From: Macrostomum lignano
Taxonomy: Eukaryota
Direction: 5' to 3'
Length of the DNA stretch: 64,000 nucleotides
NCBI GenBank assembly: GCA_002269645.1
Contig: NIVC01000670.1
Coordinates: forward strand, 1-64,000
Shown here: piece by piece, positions 24,489 to 35,799 of the stretch
Position numbering within the stretch: the stretch's first letter is position 1
How the letters are laid out: every line of letters starts with the position of its first letter
Position numbers and translations under genes: made by a program
The notes under the pieces: model-generated
Seen by the model: only the letters and a program-made list of their open reading frames with translations
Databases searched by the model: none
Told to the model about the DNA's origin: nothing

Positions 24489-25214
24489 GTCTTTCAGAAT
24501 CATCAACAACTCTTCCAAGTCCTTTGAAATAATCAACAACTCTTCCAAGTTCTTTGAAATCATCCACAACTCTTCCAGGTCTTTCAGAAATCATCAACAA
24601 CTCTTACAGGTCTTTCAGAAATCATCCACAACTCTTACAGGTCTTTCAGAAATCATCCACAACTCTTACAGGTCTTTCAGAAATCATCAACAACTCTTAC
24701 AGGTCTTTCAGAAATCATCAACAACTCTTCGAAGTCCTTTGAAATCATCAACAACTCTCCCAAGTCCTTTGAAATCAGCAACAACTCTTCCAAATCTTTC
24801 TAGGGAGTCATGAGCCAGTTCTGCTGCGGTTGCGGTTGAGCAGACGGCTACGCTGACTGGTACAAATTTATTAAATGTTAACACAATTTAAGGAAAAAAG
24901 TTACACCTATAAGGGGTGGAGCCGTAGCCTGGATGCGGCGAGAGTTGAACACCCTGTGATCTCCCGGACTGATTCTTCTTCTGACTTCTTCTGAGGAATT
25001 CTAGGCTGGCGCGCTGCAACATAGGTTTTGTTAATAAGTTCCTTCGCCTGACCTTCTAACTCCCTTTTTGTCTTAAACCTCTGTCCCACTCTGCATTCCA
25101 CTCGCTTTCTCACCTTCTTTCCCACTCTCTTATCTCGAGAACATAAACCTATGATAAATATTCTCAACTCTATCAACTCTATATTTTGGCCTCTGCAACT
25201 CTTTACTGGACAAC

Positions 25215-26943
25215 ATGAGCAAACCGTATCTATTTAATTCGTGCTCTGCATCAATTTTGACAGATTCAGCGGCCCGCCAGGCAGCAGCCGCTGCTCAAGC
25301 AGCTCCGGCTGAAGAAGGCGCCGTCGGAGGTGGCGGTGGGGCCGGCGCGGGCCAGCGCAGGACCGGCCGGGTGAAATGGTTCAACGTGGCCAAGGGCTTC
25401 GGCTTCCTGACTCCTGACGACGGCGGTGCAGATGTCTTCGTTCACCAGGTGTGAAAAGCTGCTGAGATGAACAGGCGGTCTCTAATTATAGGATTGGAGG
25501 GTGTTGGCGGTCTCTAATTATAGGATTGGAGGGTGTTGGCGGTCTCTAATTATAGGATTGGAGGGTGTTGGCGGTCTCTAATTATAGGATTGGAGGGTGT
25601 TGGCGGTCTCTAATTATAGGATTGGAGGGTGTTGGCGGTCTCTAATTATAGGATTGGAGGGTGTTGGCGGTCTCTAATTATAGGATTGGAGGGTGTTGGC
25701 GGTCTCTGCAGGATCGGAGGGTGTGGCGGTCTCTGCAGGATCGGAGGGTGTGGCGGTCTCTGCAGGATCGGAGGGTGTGGCGGTCTCTGCAGGATTGGAG
25801 GGTGTTGGCGGTCTCTGCAGGATTGGAGGGTGTTGGCGGTCTCTGCAGGATTGGAGGGTGTGGCGGTCTTTGCAGGATCGGAGGGTGCAGAAGTGAAAAT
25901 TTATCGATTGCTACATCGATTATATTACAAAGAGGGTGTAGAGTGCCTCTTTCCCCACCCCCGCCGCAGTCCGCCATCCAGATGCAGGGCTTCCGCAGCC
26001 TGGGCGACAACGAGTGCGTCGAATTCGAAGCGCAACCGGCGGCCCGCGGCGAGGAGGCGACGCTGGTGTGCGGGCCGGGCGGCGCAGACTGCATCGGCAG
26101 CCACCGCAGACCGGTCGGGAAGAAGAAGCGAAGAGTCAGGCGAGTGAAGGGACTAGTAGGGGCGAGTTGAGATAATCTCCATGGTGAGGAGAGAGAGATT
26201 AGCGAGAGTGGAGAGAGAGATTAGCGACAGTGGAGGGAGAGATTAGCGACAGTGGAGGGAGAGATTAGCGACAGTGGAGAGAAAGATTAGCGATAGTGGA
26301 GAGAGAGATTAGCGACAGTGGAGGGAGAGATTAGCGACAGTGGAGGGAGAGATTAGCGACAGTGGAGAGAAAGATTAGCGACAGTGGAGAGAGAGATTAG
26401 CGACAGTGGAGGGAGAGATTAGCGACAGTGGAGGGAGAGATTAGCGACAGTGGAGGGAGAGATTAGCGACAGTGGAGGGAGAGATTAGCGACAGTGGAGA
26501 GAGAGATTAGCGACAGTGGAGGGAGAGATTAGCGACAGTGGAGAGAAAGATTAGCGACAGTGGAGAGAAAGATTAGCGACAGTGGAGAGAGAGATTAGCG
26601 ACAGTGGAGGGAGAGATTAGCGACAGTGGAGGGAGAGATTAGCGACAGTGGAGGGAGAGATTAGCGACAGTGGAGAGAGAGATTAGCGAGAGTGGAGAGG
26701 CTGATTGAAACAAAGCCAGAACTGAGGACACTGAGATGACAAAGCAGGCAACAGAGATTCCCCACTTCTGCTCACTCCAGGTGCTACAACTGCGGCCAGT
26801 TCGCAGATCACGTGGCCGCCGAGTGTCCCGCCGGGCCTATGCCGAAGTCTTGCTATCATTGTCGCGGCGGCGATCACCTCGTAGCCGACTGTCCGAGACG
26901 GCAGGGCGGTGGCGGCGGCGGTGCATTCAGTGAGTCGCGGTGA
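25215..26943 (+). CDS. lin-28: Lin-28 RNA-binding protein (cold-shock domain plus two CCHC zinc knuckles)
   Basis: Exon ..25264-25448 ([28 protein letters not shown]), exon 25970-26139 ([27 protein letters not shown]), exon 26781-26943 ([29 protein letters not shown]). The true start exon and C-terminal end are uncertain; a possible donor GTGAGT lies at 26930. Confidence 0.95.
25477..25890. repeat. Minisatellite with 32-bp units shifting to 29/30-bp units (lin-28 intron)
   Basis: CTCTAATTATAGGATTGGAGGGTGTTGGCGGT, then CTCTGCAGGATCGGAGGGTGTGGCGGT. Confidence 0.9.
26190..26700. repeat. Minisatellite, 22-bp unit GAGAGATTAGCGACAGTGGAG(A/G) (lin-28 intron)
   Basis: About 23 copies. Confidence 0.95.
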
Positions 26944-27734
26944 CTTGGCAGATGACGGAACAGTCTGCCCAAATATGTTCGGGTCAATGATTGCCAGAAA
27001 AAATCTTAAAGGCGATGTTTGCAGGCAGGCAGTCCGGCTTAGCAACAAAATACGAGCGTAGTTGCCGAAGAGGCAGCCTGCCTAGGAGATTCGGTAAGCA
27101 GCTTGTCTGGGCGGTGTTTAATAGCTGTTTTCAACTTGACCCAAAATATAAATAAGACCAAAATTGCTAAGTAATTTTGCCTGCCTCAATTATAGCAGCC
27201 GAGCGCGGGCAGCCCAGCTGCGCATTTTTGTTATTTTTTGTAGCTTTTTTGTCAATTTTCAACCGTACTTAGATTGGCCGCTTCGGTCTCTTCCGCGTAC
27301 TGCAGTTTTCAAGTCAAGTCGAAGCAGCCAGAATATTTTTTTCTCTCTCTTGGCTCGCTTTGGTCCAAAAATACTCGTATTATCGCAGCTATCACCGCCC
27401 CCATCCCGTGCTGCTCCCGCTCGCCTCTATGGAAGCGCTGCATCATTTTTTCGCGGTGCGTCATTTTGCGCCTGTCCGTTTTCAAGGCTTCGACTGTTTT
27501 GCCTGCCTGTTTTTTATCTCTTTCTTTGAAAAGCTTGGCTATGCGTGCCAATGATTGAATGATTGAATTTCGGCCCTCCCAAGCTTTTAAGAGCAAAAGT
27601 ACTTATAGGAGCTATATCTCTGTATTTTGAATGTTGAACATGTCTTTGGAAAGAAAAGATTTAAGCTTAAACTATAGTAAAATAAATTGAACTAGAGACA
27701 CTTATCAATACCATTTAGGGCAGTCTAAAAAATC

Positions 27735-27985
27735 CAATCTCCATTGTCTCAGCAATCTTCAATCTACATTGTCTCAGAAATCTCCAATCTCCATTGTCTC
27801 AGTAATCTCCAATCTCCATTTGTCTCAGCAATCTCCAATCTCCATTGTCTCAGTAATCTCCAATCTCCAATATCTCAGTAATCTCCAATTTTCTAATATC
27901 TTAGTAATCTCCATTGTCTCAGCAATCTCCAATCTCCATTGTCTCAGCAATCTCCAATCTTCAATATCTCAGTAATCTTCAATCT
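27735..27985. repeat. Degenerate tandem repeat TCTCAG(C/T)AATCTCCAATCTCCATTG
   Basis: Imperfect copies of about 25 bp. Confidence 0.75.
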
Positions 27986-28583
27986 CGGATGCCTTGAGAC
28001 AGGATAGAAAATATCTACGAGCTGTCTGCAATTCCCTGTCAGGAATTTATTGGGCAAATCATAAAAATGGAGACGTTATTTATGCAAAAACAAAAATCTG
28101 ATGACTTTAAACACTGAATAAGATTAGCACAGCATATAATCCTATAATCTCGAGCCATGACAGTCTTATATTTTCCAAAGACCTTTGACGAACCAATTGC
28201 TAAAAAGACATTGAAGCAGCCTTAAATTCTATCAGGTCAACAGGAGCTGTTTCACTGTGTTTTTGTACAGGTAAATATTTTTGTTATTGTTGTGAAAAAT
28301 TGCATTCAACTGCGGCTCATGATGCCACTGCGGTTTGTGTTTTTTTCGTTGACTTGATGCACAGTATACCATTATAGTAGCTATTAGATTCCGTGTTTGC
28401 TGTACTATCCCCAACCAAATATTATGATAATAGTTCAAGCTTGGCGAATAAAGTACAAAAGGCTTAGTCCTTGTTTTTATTTTTTCGGTTGCTGTCTCCT
28501 TGAATGCGCAAGTGGTATTAATTGTTTTTTATTGATAGTCCGACTCCTTAAGCTCTTTATATCTACTCGTAAAAATAAGCTCG

Positions 28584-28751
28584 CTACTACCTCTATCCAT
28601 AACGTGAGATCGTGTATTCTTTCAATTTATTAGTTTTTGTTTGACTGCGTGAAACCAACCTCATTGGCTATACTACCTCTATCATCAGGGCTTTTTGTGG
28701 CTTAATAATTTTGTTTAACTGCACTTAATTACCTCAAAAAACGGCTACCTC
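28584..28751 (+). promoter_or_regulatory. Cluster of let-7 seed-match sites in the putative lin-28 3'UTR
   Basis: CTACTACCTC 28584-28593, TACTACCTC 28671-28679, TACCTCA 28730-28736, CTACCTC 28745-28751; all are complementary to the let-7 5' end UGAGGUAGUAG. Confidence 0.7.
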
Positions 28752-29299
28752 GTCAAGTTTGCTTTTTGGCAAAACTGACGTGACGCTTTTTTCAGGCCAA
28801 CGGGTTTCAACTAAAGTATATTTTTTTATCAGATGTTGCTGTATTCCTAATTTATAGATATCAAAAACTCAATTTTGTTGCTTTTACTTTTATTTTAACG
28901 TAGTTCGCTTAATTAGCAACTGTGAGCTTCTCTGTGCAAAATTTGGCAATATTTCTCGATAAAGAGTCGTGTTTCTTTGCAGTGTTAAAAAACCAAAAAC
29001 TAGACGGCTGCTCCACCTTTCCAGAGTATTTATTTACTCAAGATTTACTCAATCTATAATTTATTGAATGTAACTGTAATACCCACGCATTCATTCATAC
29101 TTAATCCTCATATTCTAACTCGCGTGTTGAGTCTTTGTCCACCGTTTTAAATACATATTAATTCAAAAGGTACCTGCAAGCCTATTTGGCTCTGCCACGG
29201 GTTACTTTACTCTAAGACAAATCAATTTCTGTGTGAGGCATCGATTTCTTATTGCTTTTAGGCTGGCATCTGCCTACGGCACTTACAAGACACTAGCGT

Positions 29300-30465
29300 C
29301 ACAGCAGCATGTACAGGCAATATACTGACATCACAGCAGCATGTACAGACACTATACTAACATCACAGCATGTACAGGCAATATACTGACATCACAGCAG
29401 CATGTACAGGCACTATACTGACATCACAGCAGCATGTGCAGGCACTATACTGACATCACAGCAGCATGTGCAGGCAATATACTGACATCACAGCATGTAC
29501 AGACACTATACTGACATCACAGCATGTACAGACATTATACTGACATCACAGCATGTACAGGCACTATACTAACATCACAGCATGTACAGACACTATACTA
29601 ACATCACAGCATGTACAGACACTATACTAACATCACAGCATGTACAGACACTATACTAACATCACAGCATGTACAGACACTATACTAACATCACAGCATG
29701 TACAGACACTATACTGACATCACAGCATGTACAGACACTATACTGACATCACAGCATGTACAGACATTATACTGACATCACAGCATGTACAGGCACTATA
29801 CTAACATCACAGCATGTACAGACACTATACTGACATCACAGCATGTACAGACACTATACTAACATCACAGCATGTACAGACACTATACTAACATCACAGC
29901 ATGTACAGACACTATACTGACATCACAGCATGTAGACATTATACTGACATCACAGCATGTACAGACACTATACTGACATCACAGCATGTACAGACACTAT
30001 ACTGACATCACAGCATGTACAGACACTATACTGACATCACAGCATGTACAGACACTATACTGACATCACAGCATGTACAGACACTATACTAACATCACAG
30101 CATGTACAGACACTATACTGACATCACAGCATGTACAGACACTATACTGACATCACAGCATGTACAGACACTATACTGACATCACAGCATGTACAGACAT
30201 TATACTGACATCACAGCATGTACAGACACTATACTGACATCACAGCATGTACAGACATTATACTGACATCACAGCATGTACAGACACTATACTGACATCA
30301 CAGCATGTACAGACATTATACTGACATCACAGCATGTACAGACACTATACTGACATCACAGCATGTACAGACACTATACTGACATCACAGCATGTACAGA
30401 CACTATACTGACATCACAGCATGTACAGACACTATACTGACATCACAGCATGTACAGACACTAGC
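29300..30465. repeat. Minisatellite, 29-bp unit ACATCACAGCATGTACAGACACTATACTG
   Basis: About 40 copies. Confidence 0.95.
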
Positions 30466-30849
30466 TGACACAAAGAAAAATAAAAAACAGCTAAAATTGT
30501 GCGAGTCTGAAGCAGCCCAGACTCAAAAGCAACTCAGCTAACACAGTGCAAATTAAGATGGGTATATTTTTATGATAAAAAATTTCCAACAAAGCCGTCC
30601 AAGGACAGCAACAGTAACTTGGTGAAGATGGACACAGACAGTGATTTTGCAGAATCTGTTTGTCAGCTGTCTCTCCAGCAGCTAGCTGTGCACGGATTCC
30701 AACCTCAAAAAAACATTAGCATATGCTTAGCGCAACCTTCAACTGAACCCAACAGTCGAACAGAAACAGTGGAAAACAGATTGCTCAAGAGCCGCTAGTA
30801 ACACTGAAATGAGGAGTATTTATTTGAATGCCGAATTTCGCTTCAACTT

Positions 30850-31010
30850 GCATTGGTCCCACAGCCAACGGTGAGGCAATTCTGTCCATTCCGCCGACTT
30901 CCGAGCGCACACAGGAGCGTGTACAGCGGCCCTGACTTTCTAATCGTCAGGCATGTACACTCTCTGTGCCTTGGGGGCTGGCCCTCATGGCTGTGAATCG
31001 CACGACCAAC
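30850..31010 (-). mobile_element. SINE family B-related fragment
   Basis: Contains GTGTACAGCGGCCCTGAC..GTCAGGCATGTACAC..CCTTGGGG and CCATTCCGCCGAC, shared with the other copies. Confidence 0.65.
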
Positions 31011-31146
31011 TGGCTAGCCTTCAGTAGTATGTTGCGGATCAGAACACACGCTTATTAGCTTGAAATAATCTCATAAATGCATATCGAAGCAAAAAATCAG
31101 CCTTCAAATAAGTGCAATTCAGATTCTTAAGCATTAAGCATTCAGC

Positions 31147-31581
31147 CTAAGCGGTCAGCAGTGCGCGCAAAGCAGCGTCCAGATCAGCGCCGTTTTCCCG
31201 CAGGCAGCGCTCGGCAGCCGACTGGCTGATCTCGAACTCCCTGGCTAGCAGGTCCGCGTGCTCCTTGGCGACCTTCACTTTGCTCAGCTCGCGCTCCCGC
31301 CGCTGCTTCTCCGCCTGGTCCAGCGCCTGCCTGGCCGACACGGCCCGCATCGCTTCGCCGATTTCGCCGCCAGCCGAGCGACCGCCAGCCAACTCGGCCT
31401 CTTCAACGTAGTCAGTCACTTTGCCGAGCTCGCGAGCGCCGCGGGCCTCCAGTTTCGACTGCTTGGCTGCTGCCACCGCTTCTCCGTCGGCCTCCAGCTG
31501 GGCCTCCGGCTCTGAGCATTCGTCGTCTGATTCGGCAGCCGCCGCAGCAGCAGCAGCGTCCTTGCCGCAGTTGTCCTTGGC
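31147..31581 (-). CDS. hypk: Huntingtin-interacting protein K (HYPK, NatA-associated chaperone); main exon, start exon not located
   Basis: ELGKVTDYVEEAEL..EAMRAV..RRERELSKVKV..EFEISQSAAERCLREN matches HYPK (LERVTDYAEEKE..EREKELAKVTI..EISRAAAERSLREH). An AG acceptor at 31583-31582 gives a phase-0 exon of 145 codons. Confidence 0.9.
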   Translation of the reverse strand, partial: AKDNCGKDAAAAAAAAESDDECSEPEAQLEADGEAVAAAKQSKLEARGARELGKVTDYVEEAELAGGRSAGGEIGEAMRAVSARQALDQAEKQRRERELSKVKVAKEHADLLAREFEISQSAAERCLRENGADLDAALRALLTA

Positions 31582-32519
31582 CTGAATTAGCGCAAAGGAT
31601 TGGGCACTTATTTTTAATAGCTTAGAAGAAATCTTATCATGCTCAACTCAGCAACAAAATATCTACCGTAGGTTAAGATTGATTTATTTGGTCATTGACA
31701 GGGCAATAACATGTCTCCGATAACTTCAGCACATGTGCTCAGTCATGCTTTTGGAGACGCCACAAGGTCATGGCTACATGAGTAGAAGCTACTAAGCTAC
31801 TTACAAGCCAGCAGTAGTATATTAAGACCTCCATTTCAACAGAATTTTTGTTGCGCTTTAAATATTTTTCTTATAATAAGCTACTAAGTCTACATACTAC
31901 TGCTCCTAATTTTTATTCTTGGAAACTATTGAAATTATTAAACTAAAATGAAAACAAAATTTTTTTATACAGAACAGAATAACCTTAAATAATTGTTGGT
32001 TTAATCAACTATATGACAACAAAACTTTCACACGCTATGCTCAACACGATATGAATAATTATGGAACCAATGCAAAGACTATAAATACAGCGTATAATTA
32101 AATTTACTCAAGAATTCTATCAGTTTTTGGTTCGATAAAAGAACAATGGCTAGCACAAGAGAAGCAGCTAAATCGAAAATTGCTGTAAATATCTCACAGT
32201 AATTAGCATAACGCCAGCGGCGGGCGCAGTCAGCACAAAATATCACCTTTTTACTAACAATAGAAAATTTTTATTTAACAAGCAAGGCAAAGTACGTACG
32301 AAGGTGATTATTGATAAAAAATAATTGTTTTAGATGCGCAAGTCTAACAAAAAACACCGGTTCTACTCAGATAGAACTTTCTAGATTTTACCTCCTTACG
32401 TAAAAAATGTACAATGAAGTACACAAATTGCAGAATACTAAAACATTGCATCGAACACTTGCGTGGGTAAGACGTGCACCCTAACAATTAGAAACTGTAC
32501 CACCAAAACACGGCCAGTC

Positions 32520-32825
32520 AACAAACCAATCAGAATTGTCATGAAACCAACCAATCAGAATTGTCGTGAAACTAACCAATTAGAATTGTCGTGAAACCAA
32601 CCAATCAGAATCGTCGTGAAACCAACCAATCAGAATCGTCGTGAAACCAACCAATCAGAATCGTCGTGAAACCAACCAATCAGAATCGTTGTGAAACCAA
32701 CCAATCAGAATTTTCGTGAAACCAACCAATCAGAATCGTCGTGAAACCAACCAATCAGAATCGTCGTGAAACCAACCAATCAGATTTGTGAAACAAACCA
32801 ATCAGAGTTCTCGCGTAACCAACCA
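32520..32825. repeat. Minisatellite, 25-bp unit GTGAAACCAACCAATCAGAATCGTC (CCAAT-box array)
   Basis: About 12 copies, most containing CCAATCAG. Confidence 0.9.
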
Positions 32826-33047
32826 ATTAATCGAGACATTTGTTGTATTTTATGACAAAAATCAATTGGCCCTCTTAGCTCCCCCCCGCCGAATGCACGG
32901 ATGTTCCAGCCTGAAGCTGGCATGTGCAATACAGCTAGTGTAGAAAAACTGTTTTACCCAGCAAATCACATCTTAGAGAAACCACATTCAAGAAATGCAA
33001 ACTCGGGCAAGAGGCACAGGACAATTCTAAGAAGCTGTCCCCACTTC

Positions 33048-34247
33048 TTAGTCCCCGTGCGACTTGGCAGCCGAAGATGATGTTGCCGAGTTAGCTTGAG
33101 CGGCCAGCAGCCGTCCAGCCAGTCCGACGGTGACCGAGCCGCTAAAGAAGATGCAGGGCAGCCAGGCCCGGACTCGGACAAAATCTACACTAGGCCGGTA
33201 GGCATCCAGACAAATCATCATCTGATTGACAGCCGCGGCTAGCAGAGCGATGACAAGGGCCAGGCCTAGGCCGGATCTGGAGCCGTCAAAGTAGAACCAG
33301 AGGCCCAGACTCATAGCGGCCAGACACAGGCTGAGCTGAGCGTGCGACATGAAGTCGATCTTGGCGGCCGCCTGGTTCAGACCAACAAACAGGGCCGCGC
33401 AGCGGATGACGGAGCTCCAGTCGGTGCGCTGAGCCACTGTCGGATCGCCGAGCAGCCGGTCCACGGTGGGGTACAGCAGGCCGATTGCCACTGGGGCGGG
33501 TATTGAGGGAATGCGGCTGAGTTTACCTATAATGGAATACTGAGCTCGAGGATAAGGCAGGTTTCAGGGCATAACTTGGGGATCTGGGTGATGACAGCAT
33601 AACTTGGGGATCTGGGAGTGATGACAGCATAACCTGGGGATCTGGGAGTGATGACAACATAACCTGGGGATCTGGGAGTGATGACAACATAACCTGGGGA
33701 TCTGGGAGTGATGACAGCATAACCTGGAGATCTGGGAGTGATGACAGCCTAACCTGGGGATCTGGGAGTGTTGACAGCCTAACCTGGGGATCTGGGAGTG
33801 TTGAAAGCATAACCTGGCGATCTGGGAGTGATGACAGCATAACCTGGGGATCTGGGAGTGTTGACAGCCTAACCTAGGGATCTGGGAGTGTTGAAAGCAT
33901 AACCTGGCGATCTGGGAGGTTTGATAAAGCCAAATCTTTCTAAAGTTGGTGGCACAGCCTAAGAATGTTGGTAGACGGCTAGTTTAGAATCTTTAAGAAT
34001 CTTAAAGGAGGGGCGGGATCTGTTGCTCCAATTGTGATAGGTCACTATAAACAATGACGAGTGGATTCCTACCTGCAGAAAGGCCGCAGGCAGGTGGCAC
34101 CCACATGCCGGACTTGACCATACCAAGCCACATTTCCGATGTGATTAACACCTGATTTTTTTGCGCCTGCATCAGGTTGATAAGCAGGCTGACGCCAACG
34201 CCAAATAGGAATAGCATGGCAACCCGAAGTGCTACATGCACTGCCAT
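33048..34247 (-). CDS. insig: Insulin-induced gene protein (INSIG), 2 exons
   Basis: Exon 34247-34073 (LFLFGVGVSLLINLMQAQKN..WVPPACG) and exon 33490-33048 (GLLYPTVD..WSSVIRCAALFVGLNQAAAKIDF..FDGSRSGLG..RAWLPCIFFSGSVTVG..KSHGD). GT/AG phases fit. Confidence 0.95.
33575..33920. repeat. Minisatellite, 30-bp unit (INSIG intron)
   Basis: AACCTGGGGATCTGGGAGTGATGACAGCAT, about 11 copies. Confidence 0.95.
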
Positions 34248-35384
34248 ATCAATAATTTTTATGAAGCTAGCAAAAAAATCCAGCAAGAAATTAGTGCGCA
34301 ACTGAAATGAAATTTTAAATTCCTTCGTGGGTGAATTTGAAATCATGTTATATTATGCTTAAAACAATTTTTTCTGAACCACATTTGCATAGTTTCCCTC
34401 CAGTAAATTGAAAGATCTGCACTAGGACTTGTGCTTATATATTATGTACAAGCTGCTGAAACCCGCGGATTTTAAACACACTGAATTCCAATCGCAGGAA
34501 CTATGTTTGCCTGCATTCTGGAATCTGAAGCCGTATTTAAACAAAAACTTGTTCATAGCACAGATACTAGAATAACTAGATGTGTCACTCGCAAAAAATG
34601 CGTTTCTCTACTCTTTTTTCAGTAGCAAAATTAGCGTTTTTTGCCTTTATAAAAGTGAAATTAAAATTTATCTACTTTTGAACGAAATTTAAAGTTTTTA
34701 AAGCTGCAAAATTTGTCTGTGCCTGATTCTACAAGCAGGCTATTTAAATAAGCATGTCTGCTGAGTTTTACCGGTTCAAAAATAAACGAATTTAAGACTT
34801 AAGACTGTAGAAAACTACAAAAATGTAAAATTCCAAATTCAGTGCTTGGCATAGAGAGCAACAGAGAATAGTGCTGGCGCCCAGACATCTCTCTACTGCT
34901 CTCTCATTGGCTGAGCTAGATTGGGCCTTCTATCCCTTCCTCTCTCCCCCCCTCCCTCTCTTCACTCATCTCGCTCCTCTCATCTCTTCTCACTCCCCTC
35001 TTCTCTCTTCTATCTTTTCTCTCATTAAATCTCTAGCCTTTACTCTGTTCTCTTATCTTTCATCTTAAAACCATGAGCTGGAGTCTTTATCTGGTCTTTG
35101 AGGTCTACTTTACTGCTTAAGATAGGAGAGAAGATGGGATTGAGGAGAGAGAGAGGAGCAAAGGGGAGAGGAAAGGGGAGAGCTAAAGAGAGGGCCAGAT
35201 AGGCTTTGCTGGCTGCATGTGGCCAGCAAGACAGAGTTTGCTGATCCCTGTTTTAGAGAGTTACCAATACCGGAAGGCAAACTTCACTTTTTACAGTTTC
35301 GGTTCTGATTAAAGTACAGAGTTAAGACAATATTTAGTTAATACTAACTTATTCATATATGCCCAACCTCAAAATTTCACCCGT

Positions 35385-35550
35385 CCAGTGCGACTTAGTT
35401 TTGTCCAGATTTGCAACTTAGTTCCTCCCAATTGCAACTTAGTTCCTCTCGATTGCGACTTAGTTCCTGCCGATTGCAACTTAATTCCTGCCGATTGCGA
35501 CTTAGTTCCTCTTGATTGCAATTTAGTTCCCCAAATTGCGACTTAATTTT
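35385..35550. repeat. Degenerate 22-bp repeat TGC(G/A)ACTTAGTTCCT..GAT
   Basis: About 7 copies. Confidence 0.75.
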
Positions 35551-35799
35551 CACTTAGTACATGACTTTTCTTGCCTTTTTCTCTTTTTTTCTCTTTCTTC
35601 TTTCCCCTCTCTCTCTTTACCCTCCTTTCATTTCCTTTTCATTTACAGCTCAAGGTTTTTTAAGCAAAGGCACAAGCCTGAACAATGTACTCGTAATCTG
35701 TGCTCATTTACTTTGAAAATTCTGCCCATGATATGCCCCTTGGACTGTACAGTAAACATTTGTTCGCTTATCTCTTATAAAAGTTGTTGTGACTAAAAA

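Larger units (their letters stand above)
22668..24805. repeat. Minisatellite, 30-bp unit AACAACTCTTCCAAGTCCTTCGAAATCATC, interrupted by two SINE copies
   Basis: Direct tandem copies. Confidence 0.95.

Noticed and set aside
22668-24805. Regularly repeated arrays resembling CRISPR
   Set aside because: No unique spacers, no cas genes, and a eukaryotic context; these are head-to-tail minisatellites.
24907-25176. 89-aa minus-strand ORF upstream of or within the lin-28 locus
   Set aside because: No recognisable domain; likely a transposon remnant or a chance ORF.
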